Shown piece after piece: positions 53,220 to 63,631 of a stretch of 64,000 nt of DNA (position 1 is its first letter; every line of letters starts with the position of its first letter). Under the pieces are notes generated by a model that did no database searches, was not told the DNA's origin, and saw nothing but the letters and a program-made list of their open reading frames with translations. This DNA is from an uncultured Desulfobacterales bacterium (GTDB taxonomy: Bacteria > Desulfobacterota > Dissulfuribacteria > Dissulfuribacterales > JALVPX01): positions 84,011 through 148,010 of the forward strand of contig CAYWKF010000011.1 in NCBI GenBank assembly GCA_964459155.1, in the 5' to 3' direction. Made by a program: the position numbers and the translations under genes.

Positions 53220-53972
53220 TCATTCGTGCATATGAGGTTCATCTTCCAGGCTTGCCCGCATGGTGGATTGCCCCTTGATTATTACAGGCGTTCCAACGGG
53301 TATGACCCTGAAGAGTTCCTCCATGTCAGTGTTTCTCATGGCAATGCAGCCATAGGTCCAGTCCCAGGGTATGCCTCCGCCGTGGATGCATATGGCTCCC
53401 CCCAATGGAGTATTCCATGGGGGCTTCCGCCTTGCCTTAATAGCCCGTACAATTGCATTGTACTGTTGTCGCGTTATGAGCCCCTGTCTCAGGCCTCTTT
53501 CAGCATCTTCAATGTTTGGATAGGAAATTCCAAGGGAAAGATAGTATTTGCTTTTTGGATTCTTGTTGCACACGTAAAATCTGCCTTCAGGCGTGCGCCG
53601 GTCTCCCTGTCTTTCCTTGTCTCCCACAGGATCTAGACCAAGGCTTATTGGGTAAATTTTTATGAGTTCGCTTCCAGAATAGAGGAAAAGTCTCCTGGCT
53701 TCCTTGTCAATAACTATTCTCGCATTTCTAATGGTTGTGGTTAGTTTTTTATCATAGTTGAAAAAGATATCCCCGTAGGGTTTCGTCTTTTTGCATGTGA
53801 ATGAGGGCCTTTTTAGTTTATTCAGGCACTTTCGTGAGGGCTTCTTTTTTGAGGTTTTTGTATGGGGTTGGGGTTCTGGAGGAGGTTGATGATAACAGCC
53901 AAAAAGAACCATCAAAGTGAAGAGTGCAAGGAGGATTTTTATTTTAGTTTTTTGATCAGGCACTGGCCACAC
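53220..53972 (-). CDS. L,D-transpeptidase-family lipoprotein (YkuD domain)
   Basis: Lipobox LMVLFGC. Catalytic region GGAICIHGGG..WTYGCIAMRNTDMEELF. Confidence 0.75.
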   Translation of the reverse strand: MWPVPDQKTKIKILLALFTLMVLFGCYHQPPPEPQPHTKTSKKKPSRKCLNKLKRPSFTCKKTKPYGDIFFNYDKKLTTTIRNARIVIDKEARRLFLYSGSELIKIYPISLGLDPVGDKERQGDRRTPEGRFYVCNKNPKSKYYLSLGISYPNIEDAERGLRQGLITRQQYNAIVRAIKARRKPPWNTPLGGAICIHGGGIPWDWTYGCIAMRNTDMEELFRVIPVGTPVIIKGQSTMRASLEDEPHMHE

Positions 53973-54083
53973 CCTCCATTTCCTGACAAACTTTTCGGCT
54001 ATGAATTGGAAATGATGAAATTTTAAAAAAGTTAAAGCATAATGTATTCAAAGACAAGGACTATTACAGGGAAAATTTAGGAA

Positions 54084-55124
54084 GTGTCAATTTCAATAAA
54101 TGGAGCACATGGAGAAGGAGGAGGGCAGGTGTTGAGGACCTGCCTTGCTCTGTCTGTAGCTCTAAAGAAGCCCGTGCACATATTCAACATAAGGGCCAAG
54201 CGGCCCAAGCCCGGTCTGAGGCCACAGCACTTGACCTGCGTAAAGGCTGCCCAGTTCATCAGCGGTGCCGAAGTGAAAGGAGCCTTTATTGGTTCCAAAG
54301 AACTTTTTTTTACACCGGGTGAAACAAAAGCTGGAAATTATGCCTTTGATATCGGAACTGCTGGTTCTACAATGCTGGTTCTTCAAACAGTTCTGCTACC
54401 TTTGGCACTATGTCAGGCACCTTCTCACATACGCTTGACAGGCGGGACTCATGTGCCATGGAGTCCCCATTTTCACTATATTCAAAAGGTTTTTTTGCCT
54501 GCTTGTACCAACGCTGGCATTGATTTTTCCATGAAATTGGAAAGGTGGGGATGGTATCCACAGGGGGGAGGCAAGGTCTTGGTGGATATTGCCCCATGGA
54601 AGGATCGGAAATCCTTTTCTTTCGATAGTAAATTTGCTAAAAATAAGCTTGCAATAAAGGCCATGTCTGCAATTTCACGACTGCCCACCCATGTGCTGAG
54701 GCGCCAGGCCGATCAACTCAAGCGATCTTTCAAAGAAAAAGAAATGGAAGTGGAGGTAGAAGAGGTGATTGCCAAGGCAAGCTGTCCAGGAAGCCTGGTG
54801 TTTTGTTGGACAGCCCAAGAAGGCTGCTATGCGGGTTTCACAGGTCTTGGATCAAAGGGTAAACCGGCAGAAAAGGTGGCTGATGAGGCAGCGGCTGGCA
54901 TGCTTTCTTTTTTACACAGCCGTGCCAACGTAGATTTTCGTTTGGCAGATCAATTAGTTACAGTGGCAGCTTTATGTGGGCGGAGTTCCACATGGCTGAC
55001 TCAAAAACTCACGGGCCATTTGGAGACCAATTGCTGGGTTGCAGAGCAGTTTGGTACAGGAAAGTTCACTTTTTTTGATGAAGATGGCGCGGTCAGGGTG
55101 GTCTATGATTGCAGAATGGACTGA
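54084..55124 (+). CDS. rtcA: RNA 3'-terminal phosphate cyclase
   Basis: GAHGEGGGQVLRTCLALSVALKKPVHIFNIRAKRPKPGLRPQHL and the LADQL motif. No rtcB or rtcR lies next to it in this window. Confidence 0.88.
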   Translation: MSISINGAHGEGGGQVLRTCLALSVALKKPVHIFNIRAKRPKPGLRPQHLTCVKAAQFISGAEVKGAFIGSKELFFTPGETKAGNYAFDIGTAGSTMLVLQTVLLPLALCQAPSHIRLTGGTHVPWSPHFHYIQKVFLPACTNAGIDFSMKLERWGWYPQGGGKVLVDIAPWKDRKSFSFDSKFAKNKLAIKAMSAISRLPTHVLRRQADQLKRSFKEKEMEVEVEEVIAKASCPGSLVFCWTAQEGCYAGFTGLGSKGKPAEKVADEAAAGMLSFLHSRANVDFRLADQLVTVAALCGRSSTWLTQKLTGHLETNCWVAEQFGTGKFTFFDEDGAVRVVYDCRMD

Positions 55125-55170
55125 TTTGTTGATTATTGTCACAACCCCATACAAATGGTAGGTTTTGCCT

Positions 55171-56238
55171 ATGAAATTCGAACTTAAATGGTTGGCATGG
55201 GAAATTACTCGGCGGTGTAACTTAAAATGTGTTCATTGCCGGTCTTCATCAGAGCTTGAGGTCAAGGAACATCCTGATTTTCCGCTGGAGGAAGCATACC
55301 GGATCTTGGATGATATAGCCGCTTTTGCCTCTCCGGTGGTTGTTTTATCTGGCGGAGAGCCCCTTTTGCGTCCGGATGTATTCGACATCGCACAATATGG
55401 AACAGATAAGGGCTTCAGAATGTGTCTGGCCACCAACGGCACCCTGGTTACCCAGGATGTGTGCGATTCCATAAAAAGGACCGGCATCAAGATGGTGTCT
55501 TTGAGCCTGGATGGTGCAACTGCTGAAGTGCATGACAACTTCAGACAGCAGCCTGGGGCCTTTGAAGGCACTCTCAATGCTGCTCGGCTTTTCAGGGAAA
55601 ATGGCATTCAATTTTTGATAAATTCTTCCTTTACTAAACGTAATCAGGAAGACATACCAAAGGTGTATGAGTTGGCCAAGGAGCTTGGAGCCACTGCTTG
55701 GTACCTTTTTATGATAGTTCCCACCGGCAGAGGCGAAGACATTCTGAAGGAACTTATATCTCCAGAGGACTACGAGAAGATACTTGACTGGCACTATCAG
55801 ATGGAGAAGGAGGAAAACGAACTTCTTGTGAGGCCTACCTGTGCCCCACACTATTACCGGGTAAGGATGCAGAAGGCCAAAGAGGAAGGCGAAAGAGTGA
55901 AACCACGAACTTTGAAGTTTTCCACCGGTGGCTCAAAAGGCTGCCTGGCCGGGCAGCTTATTTCTTTGTTGGACGTGGATGGCAATGTGCTTCCATGCAG
56001 CTACTTTCCAATGCCTGCAGGCAACATTCATGAAAAAAGCTTCAAGGATATATGGGAAAATAGTAGGCTATTCAAGGAATTGAGGGATTTTTCTTCCTAC
56101 AAGGGAAGATGCGGCGTATGCGAATATGTTAATATCTGCGGCGGCTGTAGGGCCAGGGCATATGCAGTAAATGGCGATTACCTTGCAGAAGAGCCGTTCT
56201 GCACATATTTGCCCCGTAGGATGAAAGGCAAAAAATAG
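55171..56238 (+). CDS. Radical SAM/SPASM enzyme, AhbD/NirJ-like (candidate Fe-coproporphyrin decarboxylase / heme synthase)
   Basis: [18 protein letters not shown] (CxxxCxxC) near the N-terminus and a C-terminal SPASM cysteine cluster [18 protein letters not shown]. It lies immediately upstream of hemE-hemH-hemY. Confidence 0.6.
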   Translation: MKFELKWLAWEITRRCNLKCVHCRSSSELEVKEHPDFPLEEAYRILDDIAAFASPVVVLSGGEPLLRPDVFDIAQYGTDKGFRMCLATNGTLVTQDVCDSIKRTGIKMVSLSLDGATAEVHDNFRQQPGAFEGTLNAARLFRENGIQFLINSSFTKRNQEDIPKVYELAKELGATAWYLFMIVPTGRGEDILKELISPEDYEKILDWHYQMEKEENELLVRPTCAPHYYRVRMQKAKEEGERVKPRTLKFSTGGSKGCLAGQLISLLDVDGNVLPCSYFPMPAGNIHEKSFKDIWENSRLFKELRDFSSYKGRCGVCEYVNICGGCRARAYAVNGDYLAEEPFCTYLPRRMKGKK

Positions 56239-56257
56239 GAGGGGAGGTTGGAGATCG

Positions 56258-57280
56258 ATGAATGACAGATTTTTGAGGGCATGTGCAGGGGAGAAGGTTA
56301 GCCCTGTTCCTGTGTGGCTCATGCGCCAGGCTGGCCGATATCTTCCTGCTTATCAGGCAGTCCGCAATCAGACAGATTTTCTTACCCTTTGTAAGACCCC
56401 TGAGCTGGCAGCTGAGGTAACTATACAGCCCATAGACATATTAGGAGTGGATGCCGCAATCCTCTTTTCGGACATATTGATTCCACTGGAGCCCATGGGC
56501 ATAAAACTTACTTTCCTGGAAGGCGCAGGTCCTGTGCTAATCCCACCTGTCCGGACCATGGAAGATTTGAACAGGCTTCGGACCATATCGCCAAAGGATG
56601 ACGTTCCCTTTGTGCTTGAAACTATAAAGATCCTTCGAAGGAAGCTCAAAGAAAAGGTTCCTCTAATAGGGTTTGGAGGGGCACCATTTACCCTTGCAAC
56701 TTATATGATTGAAGGCGGCACTACCCGTACATTCTTGTATACGAAGCGCATGCTTTTTGAAGAGCCGGAGATGTTCGCGAAATTGATGGATCTCCTTACA
56801 GAAGTCACCATCTCCTACTTGAAGGCCCAGGCAGAAGCTGGCGCCCAAGCGGTTCAGCTCTTCGATACTTGGGGAGGTATCTTGTCAAGAGGGGATTATA
56901 TCTCTGCTGTTAAACCATACGTGGAAAGGATCTTGGCAGAACTAAAAGAGACAGGGATACCCCGAATATATTTCGTATTAGATGGTGGCCATTTGCTCCA
57001 GGATTTGAGAGAATTAGACGCAGAGGTAATAGGGCTCGACTGGCGGATGGATATCAGAGACGCCTTGATAAGGCTTGGAAAAGAAAAGGTCGTTCAGGGC
57101 AACCTTGATCCTTTCTCCCTCTTTTTGCCAGAGGAGCGCTTGCGCCAACGGGTGTCTGACATACTTGAACAGGGCAGGGAGGCCAAAGCTCACATATTCA
57201 ACCTCGGCCATGGGATAATGCCTGCCGCACCTCCTGAAAAGGCAAAGCTCCTGGTCGATTTGGTGCACGAACTTTCCTAG
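56258..57280 (+). CDS. hemE: Uroporphyrinogen decarboxylase
   Basis: PVWLMRQAGRYLPAYQ, the DAAILFSDIL motif and LGHGI near the C-terminus. Confidence 0.92.
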   Translation: MNDRFLRACAGEKVSPVPVWLMRQAGRYLPAYQAVRNQTDFLTLCKTPELAAEVTIQPIDILGVDAAILFSDILIPLEPMGIKLTFLEGAGPVLIPPVRTMEDLNRLRTISPKDDVPFVLETIKILRRKLKEKVPLIGFGGAPFTLATYMIEGGTTRTFLYTKRMLFEEPEMFAKLMDLLTEVTISYLKAQAEAGAQAVQLFDTWGGILSRGDYISAVKPYVERILAELKETGIPRIYFVLDGGHLLQDLRELDAEVIGLDWRMDIRDALIRLGKEKVVQGNLDPFSLFLPEERLRQRVSDILEQGREAKAHIFNLGHGIMPAAPPEKAKLLVDLVHELS

Positions 57281-57288
57281 ATCCACAT

Positions 57289-58257
57289 ATGATAGGCGTT
57301 GTATTGCTCAACATGGGAGGGCCAGATTCTCTGGACGCGGTTCGCCCTTTTCTCCAGAATCTATTTTCTGACAGGGAGATCATCCAATTAGGCCCCAAAT
57401 TTGTTCAGCCCTTTATTGCGCGTTTCATAGCGTGGAGAAGGGCACCAAAGAGCGCCAAAGCCTATGAAAAGATAGGCGGCAAAAGCCCTTTGACCGAAAT
57501 CACCTATAATCAGGCAAAGGCCTTGGAATCGTCTTTAAGATCCAGCGGCTTTGATAACGTAATCTGTAAGGTTGGCATGAGGTATTGGAGGCCAAGGACC
57601 CCGCACATATTGGAGGAATTGGCCAGATTTGGTGTTGGCCGTGTAGTCGGCCTTTCTCTGTATCCCCACTATTCCAGGGCCACCACTGGCTCGTCTGTGG
57701 CCGATTTTTTGGAAAGCTGCAATGCCCTTGGCCTTGAAAGCGCGGTGGTAGATGCATATCCAGATCATCCAGACTACATAAAGGCCCTTTCAAAACTGGT
57801 TGCACTAAAAGCGGCAGAAATAAAGGGTGCAAATGAGGTTGATTTCCAACTGGTTTATAGTGCCCATAGCTTGCCTAAAAAGATGATCGATGAAGGGGAT
57901 CCATACCTGGATCATCTAAAAAAGACAATTTCAGCCCTGGAAGACGAGACAGGAATGAGAGGTACACTTTGTTTCCAGAGCAGGAGCGGGCCAGTGGAAT
58001 GGTTGAGGCCTGCCACAGACGAACTTTTGAGAAGGCTGGTGTCAGAGGGTAAGCAGAATATAATGGTGCTGCCGATAAGCTTCGTGTCCGATCACATAGA
58101 GACGCTGTATGAAATAGATATGTTGTATGGCAGCATGGTAGAGGCTGCTGGTTCAAGACTTTTCAGGGTGCCGGCCTTGAACTGCCATCCAGATTTTATA
58201 GACTGCCTCAAAAAACTAACTCTCAGAAAATTGGAGGAAAAAGGTTGGCTAAAGTAG
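57289..58257 (+). CDS. hemH: Ferrochelatase (proto- or coproporphyrin type)
   Basis: IGVVLLNMGGPDSLDAVRPFLQNLFSDREII, SLYPHYS and FVSDHIETLYEID motifs. Confidence 0.9.
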   Translation: MIGVVLLNMGGPDSLDAVRPFLQNLFSDREIIQLGPKFVQPFIARFIAWRRAPKSAKAYEKIGGKSPLTEITYNQAKALESSLRSSGFDNVICKVGMRYWRPRTPHILEELARFGVGRVVGLSLYPHYSRATTGSSVADFLESCNALGLESAVVDAYPDHPDYIKALSKLVALKAAEIKGANEVDFQLVYSAHSLPKKMIDEGDPYLDHLKKTISALEDETGMRGTLCFQSRSGPVEWLRPATDELLRRLVSEGKQNIMVLPISFVSDHIETLYEIDMLYGSMVEAAGSRLFRVPALNCHPDFIDCLKKLTLRKLEEKGWLK

Positions 58258-59624
58258 TTATAGTGGGAGGCGGCATGTCCGGCCTTTCGTTGGCCGTGCA
58301 CTTAAAACGTCTGAAGCCAGAATGGGAGTTGTCGGTTCTTGAATCGGAATCAAGGCCAGGTGGAAAAGCCTGGACTGTTCAAGAAGATGGGTTCAGGGTT
58401 GAATTTGGAGTAAATGGCGTACTTGACAACAAGCCTCACACACTGGAATTGGCTGGGATGGTGGGGGCTGAGATCTTGTACAGTAATGATGCGGCTCGCA
58501 GACGTTATGTGGTGAAAAAAGGCCGCCTTGTGAAGCTTCCAGAATCCCCCAAGGAATTCTTGACCTCTTCTCTTTTAACTCTGGAAGGCAAGTTGAGGGT
58601 TGTAATGGAAACCATAATCCCAAGAGGGGATGTGGAAAAAGATGAATCCTTGGCCTCCTTTGCAAGGCGTAGGCTTGGAAAAGAGGCCTTTCAATATCTG
58701 ATCGACCCCATGGCATCTGGAATCTTTGCCGGTGATCCTGAAAAATTGTCCCTCAAAAGCTGTTTTCCAAGGATACATGAGCTTGAAATGCAATATGGAA
58801 GCTTGATAAGGGCAATGATCAAGCTGCAAAAAGAAGCGAAAAAGGAAGGCAAGAGCGGCCCTGGTGCCGGGCCAGGCGGCAAACTCACATCGTTCAGGAA
58901 TGGTATGGGAGAGTTGGTAAACGCTTGTGCCCATGAATTGGGAGATTCTTTGCACACTGATACAACGGTGTCTGGAATAGAAAGAGAAAACGGCCTTTGG
59001 AAAGTTGAGTTGGAAGGCGGTAGACATGAAGAGGCGACTCATCTGGTGCTTGCAGCACCGGCAGGTGTGTGTGCAAGCCTTATGAAAAATGTTAATCCAG
59101 GGCTTATGCCTCTGTTGAAATCCATATCGTATCCTCCCATTGCAGTGGTTGCCTTTGCCTTTGAGACTTCGAGGCTTCCAAGGCCTCTTGATGGCTTTGG
59201 CTTTTTGTGCCCTTGGGTTGAACAGCGAAAGATATTGGGTGCCCTGTGGGATTCTTCTGTCTTCAAATTCAGGTCACCAGACGGTTATTCTCTCATAAGG
59301 GTGCTGGCAGGAGGTGCAAGGCGGCCAGAAGTTGCTGGCTACCGGAAAGAAAGGCTCGTTGATACAGTATTGAAAGAGCTGAAGGATATCATGGGCATCA
59401 GTGTCAAGCCTGAAACCATGTGGCTGCATGTTTGGCCTCATGCTATTCCGCAGTATCAGATTGGATACTCCTCTTTGCTGGACTGCATCGAAAAGGAGAG
59501 AAAGAAGACACCAAACCTCTTTTTCAGGTGCAACTGGGTGGGTGGTGTAAGCCTCAACGATTGCGTCGCGAATAGTAAGGCATTGGCACACAGCCTGGCC
59601 GATTCCGATGTTCAAAAGGGCTAG
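58245..59624 (+). CDS. hemY: FAD-dependent protoporphyrinogen/coproporphyrinogen oxidase (HemY/CgoX family)
   Basis: VVIVGGGMSGLS dinucleotide fold, GGK.. and a C-terminal GVSLNDCV motif. 459 aa, overlapping hemH by 13 nt. Confidence 0.8.
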   Translation: MAKVVIVGGGMSGLSLAVHLKRLKPEWELSVLESESRPGGKAWTVQEDGFRVEFGVNGVLDNKPHTLELAGMVGAEILYSNDAARRRYVVKKGRLVKLPESPKEFLTSSLLTLEGKLRVVMETIIPRGDVEKDESLASFARRRLGKEAFQYLIDPMASGIFAGDPEKLSLKSCFPRIHELEMQYGSLIRAMIKLQKEAKKEGKSGPGAGPGGKLTSFRNGMGELVNACAHELGDSLHTDTTVSGIERENGLWKVELEGGRHEEATHLVLAAPAGVCASLMKNVNPGLMPLLKSISYPPIAVVAFAFETSRLPRPLDGFGFLCPWVEQRKILGALWDSSVFKFRSPDGYSLIRVLAGGARRPEVAGYRKERLVDTVLKELKDIMGISVKPETMWLHVWPHAIPQYQIGYSSLLDCIEKERKKTPNLFFRCNWVGGVSLNDCVANSKALAHSLADSDVQKG

Positions 59625-59636
59625 TTGGAATCTTCT

Positions 59637-60122
59637 ATGGCTTCTTCCAATGGATCAGAGACCATATCCCGCCTGTTGAAAAAGGTAGCGCAGATTCACG
59701 GTCTGGAACGCCGCTTGGCCTGTGGAAAAGTATGGGAGGTATGGCAAGAGGCCGTTGGTGAAGCCATTGCAAGACACGCATGGCCCAAGGGAATCAGAGA
59801 AGGAACAAAACTGGTCGTGGCCGTGGTCGATTCTGTTTGGATGCAACAGCTCAGCCTTCAAAAGACCCTCTTGCTGGAAGTTCTTAACCGTCATCTGCCT
59901 GAAAAGGCGCACCTGGAAGATATAAGATTCGTATACGGCGACGTTAAAAGGCTTCGGCAGGGTTGGATCAAGGGAATGCAAAAGGGCTTGAAACAGAAAG
60001 CACGTCCACTGAAGGTTGATCCAGAACTTCAAGAAAAGGCCGAACTCATGGTTGCACCCATCAAAGACAATGAACTGAGGGAGGCCTTGATGAGGTTGTT
60101 TTTGAAAAGCCAGTCAGGCTAA
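59637..60122 (+). CDS. DUF721/DciA-like protein
   Basis: KVWEVWQEAVGEAIARHAWPKGIREGTKLVVAVVDSVWMQQLSLQKTLLLEVLN matches the DUF721 pattern (W..ivG..ia.ht.p..l..g.L.v.v.ss.w..eL). The ORF is open from the TTG at 59625. Confidence 0.6.
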   Translation: MASSNGSETISRLLKKVAQIHGLERRLACGKVWEVWQEAVGEAIARHAWPKGIREGTKLVVAVVDSVWMQQLSLQKTLLLEVLNRHLPEKAHLEDIRFVYGDVKRLRQGWIKGMQKGLKQKARPLKVDPELQEKAELMVAPIKDNELREALMRLFLKSQSG

Positions 60123-60127
60123 CGCTG

Positions 60128-60775
60128 TCAGATTAGATTTTCTTTTTCAAGGTTTTTTATGGCCACCTTTACGAAGTCTTTTACCAGCCTATCAACATTG
60201 CTGTCCAGTATGGTTTCCGTGAGCATGGACCAGATCAGCTTTCCGCTCTTCACATCATATAGATTTGTTTCCACCACCATTATTTCCTGTTCCTCGGTGT
60301 AACTGGGTTCTTTTATGATCTCATAGCTGAAGGCGTAGTAGTCATACCAGCCGGCATAGGCATATGGCGGTGGGACATATGGGCCTATTCCTGGGGACAC
60401 CCGGGTTATCTCTGGATGCTGTATCGTCTCTTTTTTCTTTCCCACGATACGGCTTATCAAAATTGTATCGAACTGTTGCCCTTTGACCAGATCTTCAAGC
60501 CTTTTTTTGTCTTTAATCTCTTCTGAAGGTATGATTTTGTAACTTGGCACGCATACTGAGCCGCGCATGCGTATCTCCTCACACATAGAATCTTCATATT
60601 TCCGCCTCAAAACCTCTTGCTGGGCCACTCCTGCAACAAGTACCTTGCTGATCTTTTTGCCACTATAATCTGGGTTCATCCACGTGGTAGAAGTTGTCGT
60701 AGTGGCACAGGCCGTAAAGGTTGCAACCATACATAGGATCATAAGCCTTAAGATCAAAGTGCTAAAGGCGTTCAT
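60128..60775 (-). CDS. Lipoprotein of unknown function
   Basis: Signal peptide with lipobox MVATFTAC. No recognisable catalytic motif. Confidence 0.5.
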   Translation of the reverse strand: MNAFSTLILRLMILCMVATFTACATTTTSTTWMNPDYSGKKISKVLVAGVAQQEVLRRKYEDSMCEEIRMRGSVCVPSYKIIPSEEIKDKKRLEDLVKGQQFDTILISRIVGKKKETIQHPEITRVSPGIGPYVPPPYAYAGWYDYYAFSYEIIKEPSYTEEQEIMVVETNLYDVKSGKLIWSMLTETILDSNVDRLVKDFVKVAIKNLEKENLI

Positions 60776-60943
60776 GGATCATGCCTCCATCAAATATTCA
60801 AGTGTCAATTATGTGAAGCATACTGTACCTGTTATCACATTACAGAAGAGACATGTTTTTGTCCAGCAAGGAAGGGTACTATTTTTAACAGATCGTTTGG
60901 CTCTCGTTTGGCTCGGGGTTGTTTTTATTATATTATAGATCTT

Positions 60944-61588
60944 ATGTCAGATTCAGGGCGCAGAGTAAGGGTAAAGATTTGCGGTATCACTTCAGCACAA
61001 CAGGCCATTCAGGTTGCTGAAGCAGGAGCTGACGCAATTGGGCTAGTAATGGCCAAGAGCCCGAGGCAAGTGGACGATGGCAAGGCTGCTGAGATTGTTA
61101 AGGCCATTGCTCCATTTGTTCAAACGGTGGCTGTGTTCGTTAATCCAGGTGAGGATGAAGTGAAAAAGGCCCTTTATGACTTGGGCATAGATATGATACA
61201 GCTCCATGGCAATGAAAGTCCAACGTTTTGCAAAAGATTTTCCACGAAGGTGGTCAAAGCATGGCGTGTGAAGGGAATGGACGACCTTGCACAGCTAAAA
61301 GAATATGAAGAATGCATCAGGGGATTTTTGCTTGACACTTGGGATCCCAACCAGGCAGGGGGTACCGGAAGGACTTTTGATTGGGCCATAGGAACCGAGG
61401 CAGTGAAGGTGCTTTCAAAACCTGTTATCCTGGCAGGCGGCCTTGGTCCCGAAAACATTAAGGCTGCCATTGAGGCGGTTAGGCCTTGGGGAGTGGATGC
61501 AAGCTCCAGTCTTGAAGATGCACCTGGTGTGAAAAATCTCAGGAAGGTCAGGGCCTTTGTGGATGCGGTCAAGGGCTTAAAAGTATGA
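60944..61588 (+). CDS. trpF: Phosphoribosylanthranilate isomerase
   Basis: VKICGITSAQQAIQVAEAGADAIGLV, QLHG and GGLGPENI motifs. The ORF is open from 60908. Confidence 0.88.
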   Translation: MSDSGRRVRVKICGITSAQQAIQVAEAGADAIGLVMAKSPRQVDDGKAAEIVKAIAPFVQTVAVFVNPGEDEVKKALYDLGIDMIQLHGNESPTFCKRFSTKVVKAWRVKGMDDLAQLKEYEECIRGFLLDTWDPNQAGGTGRTFDWAIGTEAVKVLSKPVILAGGLGPENIKAAIEAVRPWGVDASSSLEDAPGVKNLRKVRAFVDAVKGLKV

Positions 61589-61610
61589 ATATCATTCAGG
61601 AGTCGATTAG

Positions 61611-62825
61611 GTGAAGAAAAAAAGGACTGGAACAATCAACATAGACAAAAAAGGCCATTTTGGCCTTTTTGGAGGCCGATATGTGCCAGAAACATTGATG
61701 CCTGCCATTTCAGAACTCGAGCAGGCATATTTCAACGCCAAAAAAGATCCAGAGTTTCGGGATGAGCTCAGGGCCATCCTCAAAGATTTCGTGGGAAGAC
61801 CCACGCCTTTGTATGAAGCTAAACGCCTTGGAGATGCGCTTGGCGGCATACGGATCTATTTGAAAAGGGAAGATCTTACCCACACTGGTGCACACAAAAT
61901 CAACAACACCATAGGGCAGGTTCTACTGGCTAAGCGTATGGGAAAAAAGCGCATCATTGCAGAAACTGGTGCTGGCCAACATGGAGTAGCCACTGCCACT
62001 GCGGCAGCTTTGATGGGCCTTGATTGTGAAGTTTACATGGGCCGCAAGGATACTGTGCGCCAAGCCATGAATGTATTCCGCATGGAACTTACCGGGGCCA
62101 AGGTTATTCCTGTTGATTCAGGGACTAAGACCCTCAAAGATGCCATAAATGAGGCCATAAGAGATTGGGTGACAAATGTAAAGGACACCCATTACATAAT
62201 AGGTTCGGTGGTTGGGCCTCATCCATACCCTGTAATGGTGCGCGATTTTCAATCAGTCATAGGGAAAGAGACCAAAGGCCAGATCAAAAGACGAATCGGC
62301 AGGCTTCCAGACATTGTGATTGCCTGTGTGGGAGGCGGTTCCAATGCCATGGGCATGTTCTACAATTTCGTGAGAAATGACGAAGTCAAGTTGATCGGAG
62401 TAGAGGCAGCAGGAGAGGGTATAAATTCAAATTATCATTCAGCCACCCTCACCGTAGGCGAGCCTGGGGTGCTGCATGGTACCATGAGTTACTTGCTGCA
62501 AGACAAGTGGGGTCAGATAAAGGGAGCCCATTCAGTGGCTCCAGGCCTTGATTATCCAGGTGTTGGGCCTGAGCACAGCGCCTTGAAAGATGCAGGAAGG
62601 GTGGAATACGTTGCTGTGGATGACAAACAGGCCTTGGATGGTTTCGAACTCCTCTCCAAGACAGAAGGCATAATCCCGGCCCTAGAGAGCGCCCATGCCA
62701 TAGCCTATTTGAAGGAGATCGCACCAAAATTGAAAAAGAACACAGTGGTGGTTGTCAACCTGTCAGGCAGGGGAGACAAAGACGTCCAGAGCGTTAGTGA
62801 GATATTCCAGGGGAGGTCTTCATGA
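61611..62825 (+). CDS. trpB: Tryptophan synthase beta chain
   Basis: [31 protein letters not shown] (PLP lysine), [10 protein letters not shown] and GGGSNAMG. Confidence 0.95.
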   Translation: MKKKRTGTINIDKKGHFGLFGGRYVPETLMPAISELEQAYFNAKKDPEFRDELRAILKDFVGRPTPLYEAKRLGDALGGIRIYLKREDLTHTGAHKINNTIGQVLLAKRMGKKRIIAETGAGQHGVATATAAALMGLDCEVYMGRKDTVRQAMNVFRMELTGAKVIPVDSGTKTLKDAINEAIRDWVTNVKDTHYIIGSVVGPHPYPVMVRDFQSVIGKETKGQIKRRIGRLPDIVIACVGGGSNAMGMFYNFVRNDEVKLIGVEAAGEGINSNYHSATLTVGEPGVLHGTMSYLLQDKWGQIKGAHSVAPGLDYPGVGPEHSALKDAGRVEYVAVDDKQALDGFELLSKTEGIIPALESAHAIAYLKEIAPKLKKNTVVVVNLSGRGDKDVQSVSEIFQGRSS

Positions 62826-63628
62826 TGAACCGCATCCAAGCAATGTTTTCGGATCTAAAAAAGAGGGGTGAAACAGCTCTGATACCCTTCGTCACTGCCG
62901 GTGACCCAGACGATGCAACCACGGAAGCCTTGGTGTTAGAAATGGCGGCAAATGGCGCTGACTTGATAGAGCTGGGCTTGCCCTTTTCCGATCCGTTGGC
63001 AGATGGTCCAACTATCCAAGCAGCTAGCCAGCGGGCGTTGGCAGCAGGCATGAATACAAAGAAATTTTTTGACTTGGTAAAACGCATTCGCAAGAAGTGC
63101 CAAATCCCTTTGGTCCTCATGGGTTATTACAATCCAATCTATAGGTATGGTCTGGAAAGGTTTGCAGCAGATGCAGCCAAGGCTGGTATTGATGGGACCA
63201 TTATACCGGATCTTCCCTTGGAAGAGGCTGGCCCTTGGATGAAGGAAGCAAAGAAAACAGGCCTGGCAAATATTTTTCTTATCGCTCCAAACACCCCACC
63301 TGAAAGAATAGAAAAAATTGGCAGAGCGAGCCAAGGCTTCCTCTACTATGTTTCGGTCACTGGTATTACGGGTGCAAGGAACGATCTTCCAGTGGAATTG
63401 TCTAAGGGCTTGAAAATGACAAAAAAGCTCGTAAATATCCCCTTGGCGGTGGGCTTTGGTATCTCCCGGCCCGAACAGGTGGCCATGCTGTCTGAGTTTG
63501 CAGATGGCATCATAGTTGGCAGTGCCATTGTCAAGCTCGTGGAAAAATGTGGAAGCAGCACAACAAAGGCAGTTCAAGAAGTTGGGGACTTTGTGAAGGG
63601 TTTGAAGGAAGCAACCAGGTCGGGTTGA
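62822..63628 (+). CDS. trpA: Tryptophan synthase alpha chain
   Basis: [41 protein letters not shown] and GFGIS motifs. It has a 4-nt overlap with trpB. Confidence 0.93.
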   Translation: MMNRIQAMFSDLKKRGETALIPFVTAGDPDDATTEALVLEMAANGADLIELGLPFSDPLADGPTIQAASQRALAAGMNTKKFFDLVKRIRKKCQIPLVLMGYYNPIYRYGLERFAADAAKAGIDGTIIPDLPLEEAGPWMKEAKKTGLANIFLIAPNTPPERIEKIGRASQGFLYYVSVTGITGARNDLPVELSKGLKMTKKLVNIPLAVGFGISRPEQVAMLSEFADGIIVGSAIVKLVEKCGSSTTKAVQEVGDFVKGLKEATRSG

Positions 63629-63631
63629 GTC

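Noticed and set aside
54084-55124. Orphan rtcA as a sign of an RNA-repair island
   Set aside because: No rtcB, rtcR, Ro or Y-RNA-like element is adjacent. The flanking genes are cell-wall and heme-biosynthesis genes, so nothing beyond the single gene is supported.
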